Shown here: piece after piece, positions 61,889-64,000 of the stretch | Position numbering within the stretch: the first letter of the stretch is position 1 | Layout of the letters: each line of letters starts with the position of its first letter | Assembly: GCA_022712945.1 (NCBI GenBank) | Contig: JAFLJP010000122.1 | Coordinates: 1,853 to 65,852 of the forward strand | Direction: 5' to 3' | From: Gammaproteobacteria bacterium | GTDB lineage: Bacteria; Pseudomonadota; Gammaproteobacteria; RBG-16-57-12 | Length of the DNA stretch: 64,000 bases | Made by a program: the position numbers and the translations under genes | Notes under the pieces: model-generated | The model's input: only the letters and a program-made list of their open reading frames with translations | The model's database searches: none | Told to the model about the DNA's origin: nothing

Positions 61889-63202
61889 TTATTCCATAAT
61901 CCCGGGTAGCCAAGTTGTTAGCCCCGGAAAGCTCATCAATAACCCCAAAACAATGAGCTGAATAAAAACAAAGGGAATGATGCCCCGGTATATCTGCGCC
62001 ATTTGGATGGAGCTGGGAGCGGCGGCTTTAAGGTAAAACAGTGAAAACCCAAAGGGTGGTGTCAGGAACGAGGTTTGAAGGTTCACCGCGATTAGAATCG
62101 CAAACCACAAGGGGTCAATACCGTAATAGATCGCAATAGGCGTTAAAATAGGCACCGCAATAAAACATATTTCAAGAAAGTCGAGAAAGAAGCCCAATAC
62201 AAATAACAGCAACATGCTGACGATAATGAAGCCCCACACTCCGCCGGGCAGGCCAGTCATTATATCGTGTACTAAATCATCCCCTCCCATACCTTTGAAA
62301 ACCAGGCCAAAGGTGGTTGCACCGATTAAAATCAGAAACACCATGCTGGTCAGTTTGGTTGTCTGGCGCATTGCATTCTGTAGGTTTTCACGGTTCAGGC
62401 GTCGGTGAATCAAAGCCAGTATCATGGCACCCAGGGCTCCCACAGCAGCTGACTCTGTGGGGGTAGCAATACCAAAGAATATGGACCCCAATACAGAGAA
62501 AACGAGAGCCAGCGGGGGAATCAAGCTTTTTAAGACTTTTAAAAATAGTGCCTTGCCATCATTGACGGCGAGCGCCTCTCGGTTAATGGCCGGTGCGTCA
62601 TCTGGCCTGCGCCAGGCGACGATTGCGATATAGGCGATGAACATTAAGATCAGCAGTAACCCGGGTATCACTGCACCCATAAACAGCTCGCCCACCGGCA
62701 CTCCCATCACGTCGCCCAATAAAATCAATACGATGCTGGGTGGAATGATCTGTCCCAGTGTGCCAGAAGCAGCAATAGTGCCACTTGCCAGTGCCGGGTT
62801 ATAGCCGTGTTTGAGCATCGCAGGCAGTGCAATGATCGCCATGGTCACCACAGTGGCACCCACTACGCCGGTTGTGGCCGCTAGCAGTGCACCCACTAAT
62901 ACAATCGAGATCGCCAGCCCGCCACGAATGCGACCAAACAACATTGCCATGGTCTCCAGCAACTCTTCAGCGATGCCTGATTTTTCCAGCATCACTCCCA
63001 TGAAGACAAACAGCGGTACCGCCAACAAGGTGAAGTTGGTCATCACCCCCCAGATACGCATGGGAAGCAGCGAGAAAAAATCCAGCCCCAGCCAGATCAG
63101 ACCAAAAGCAGCTGAAACAGCGCCCAAGGTAAAGGCAACCGGATATCCAAACAGCAGTAACAAAATTACCACCCCAAGCATCACAAGGGCCCAAAACTCC
63201 AT
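61889..63202 (-). CDS. TRAP transporter large permease (DctM family)
   Basis: LLAVPLFVFMG, GTLGQIIPPS, ATPTE, SFLTPPFG. Confidence 0.92.
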   Translation of the reverse strand: MEFWALVMLGVVILLLLFGYPVAFTLGAVSAAFGLIWLGLDFFSLLPMRIWGVMTNFTLLAVPLFVFMGVMLEKSGIAEELLETMAMLFGRIRGGLAISIVLVGALLAATTGVVGATVVTMAIIALPAMLKHGYNPALASGTIAASGTLGQIIPPSIVLILLGDVMGVPVGELFMGAVIPGLLLILMFIAYIAIVAWRRPDDAPAINREALAVNDGKALFLKVLKSLIPPLALVFSVLGSIFFGIATPTESAAVGALGAMILALIHRRLNRENLQNAMRQTTKLTSMVFLILIGATTFGLVFKGMGGDDLVHDIMTGLPGGVWGFIIVSMLLLFVLGFFLDFLEICFIAVPILTPIAIYYGIDPLWFAILIAVNLQTSFLTPPFGFSLFYLKAAAPSSIQMAQIYRGIIPFVFIQLIVLGLLMSFPGLTTWLPGIME

Positions 63203-63204
63203 GG

Positions 63205-63732
63205 TTATTCCTTACTCTCTTTATGCTGTTTTAAGGTGATGATATTCCGGCCAATCTCAGAAATTCCCTGAATCAGTAACAGGGTAAAGCCGAGTGGAAT
63301 GGCGGCTTTAATCAGAAAACGATAGGGCAGGCCGCCTGGGTCAGAGGATACTTCATTGATTGCATAGGCTGTTGCGGCAAAGGGCCATGAGGCGTAAATA
63401 ATCAAAATACAGAAGGGAATTAACAGCAACACACTGCCACTCAGGTTGACCATGGCGCGGTGTTTATCACTAAAGCGGCGACTGCTATAGAGCAGGTCGA
63501 CCCGCACATGTTCGTCATGTTTTAAAGTGTAGGCGGCGCCTAACAAAAAGATCAGTGCAAATAGGTGCCACTCAAGCTCCTGCAAGGCAATCGAACCACT
63601 CTGCCATAAATAGCGCATTGCCACGTCGTAACAGACTAAAAGCACCAATGCCAGAACCAGCCAGGCGATTGCCCGGCCACTCCATTCACTGAATCGGTCA
63701 ATAAAACTGACCATGTTGGTTAAAAAGTTCAC
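63205..63732 (-). CDS. TRAP transporter small permease (DctQ family)
   Basis: QELEWHL, HVRVD, SSDPGGLP, four TM helices. Confidence 0.9.
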   Translation of the reverse strand: MNFLTNMVSFIDRFSEWSGRAIAWLVLALVLLVCYDVAMRYLWQSGSIALQELEWHLFALIFLLGAAYTLKHDEHVRVDLLYSSRRFSDKHRAMVNLSGSVLLLIPFCILIIYASWPFAATAYAINEVSSDPGGLPYRFLIKAAIPLGFTLLLIQGISEIGRNIITLKQHKESKE

Positions 63733-63757
63733 GCAGAAATCCTGGGGCTATGTTGGT

Positions 63758-63922
63758 TAGGGATGTAGAATTCATTAAAAATACCGCTCGTACTTGTCTT
63801 TTTGCCCACTCTATCTAGACTGGTATTCGTTGCGTAGCCCACTATGCGCCCAATACCAGTCTAGATAGAGTGAACAAAAATCCGGCGTAATAACGGTATT
63901 TTGATTTCTTCTACATCCCTTA
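63758..63922. mobile_element. MITE-like nested-hairpin element, family B (165 bp)
   Basis: Terminal inverted repeat gggatgtagaa/ttctacatccc, inner inverted repeat cactctatctagactggtatt/aataccagtctagatagagtg, core cgttgcgtagcccactatgcgcc; partial copies at 15301 and 19515. Confidence 0.85.
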
Positions 63923-64000
63923 GAATCCAATGGTGGTCTGTATTCCAAGCCCGTTAATGGCACTGTCACGTGCAATCAGTGCGAGTGAGATTTGAAAGTA

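Overview
A mostly housekeeping window from a gammaproteobacterium, probably near the replication origin (mnmG-rsmG-parA-parB-atpZIBEFHAGDC-glmU-glmS block). It also carries a split class II ribonucleotide reductase with NrdR boxes, nudE-cysQ, argE, tag, serB, lysA, cyaA, hemW-rdgB-rph, rpmBG, comF/bioBFHC, cspA and TRAP permeases. The main points of interest are: (1) a ten-gene envelope cluster (YfaZ-like barrel, TPR proteins, TolQ/ExbB, two ExbD, TonB-C-like) with the architecture of the Myxococcus Agl-Glt core, in which one ExbD has Asn instead of the proton-carrying Asp; (2) an HTH-WYL regulator with two near-identical 24-bp palindromic operators upstream of two VOC genes and DUF2461; (3) several families of long-hairpin repeats (two ~165-bp TAGG...CCTTA MITE families sharing a core, an ERIC-like element, GTAG REP/REPINs, a collapsed IS footprint), three of which abut truncated gene remnants; (4) a BioB with a type II-like cysteine pattern; (5) a PEP-CTERM-like gene with a sigma-54 promoter and enhancer; (6) an AT-rich islet with a DUF4143 ATPase, a reversed hicBA-like pair and an Abi-like remnant. 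No rRNA, tRNA, CRISPR array or intact transposase was seen. All family assignments come from motif recognition by eye; no database search was run.
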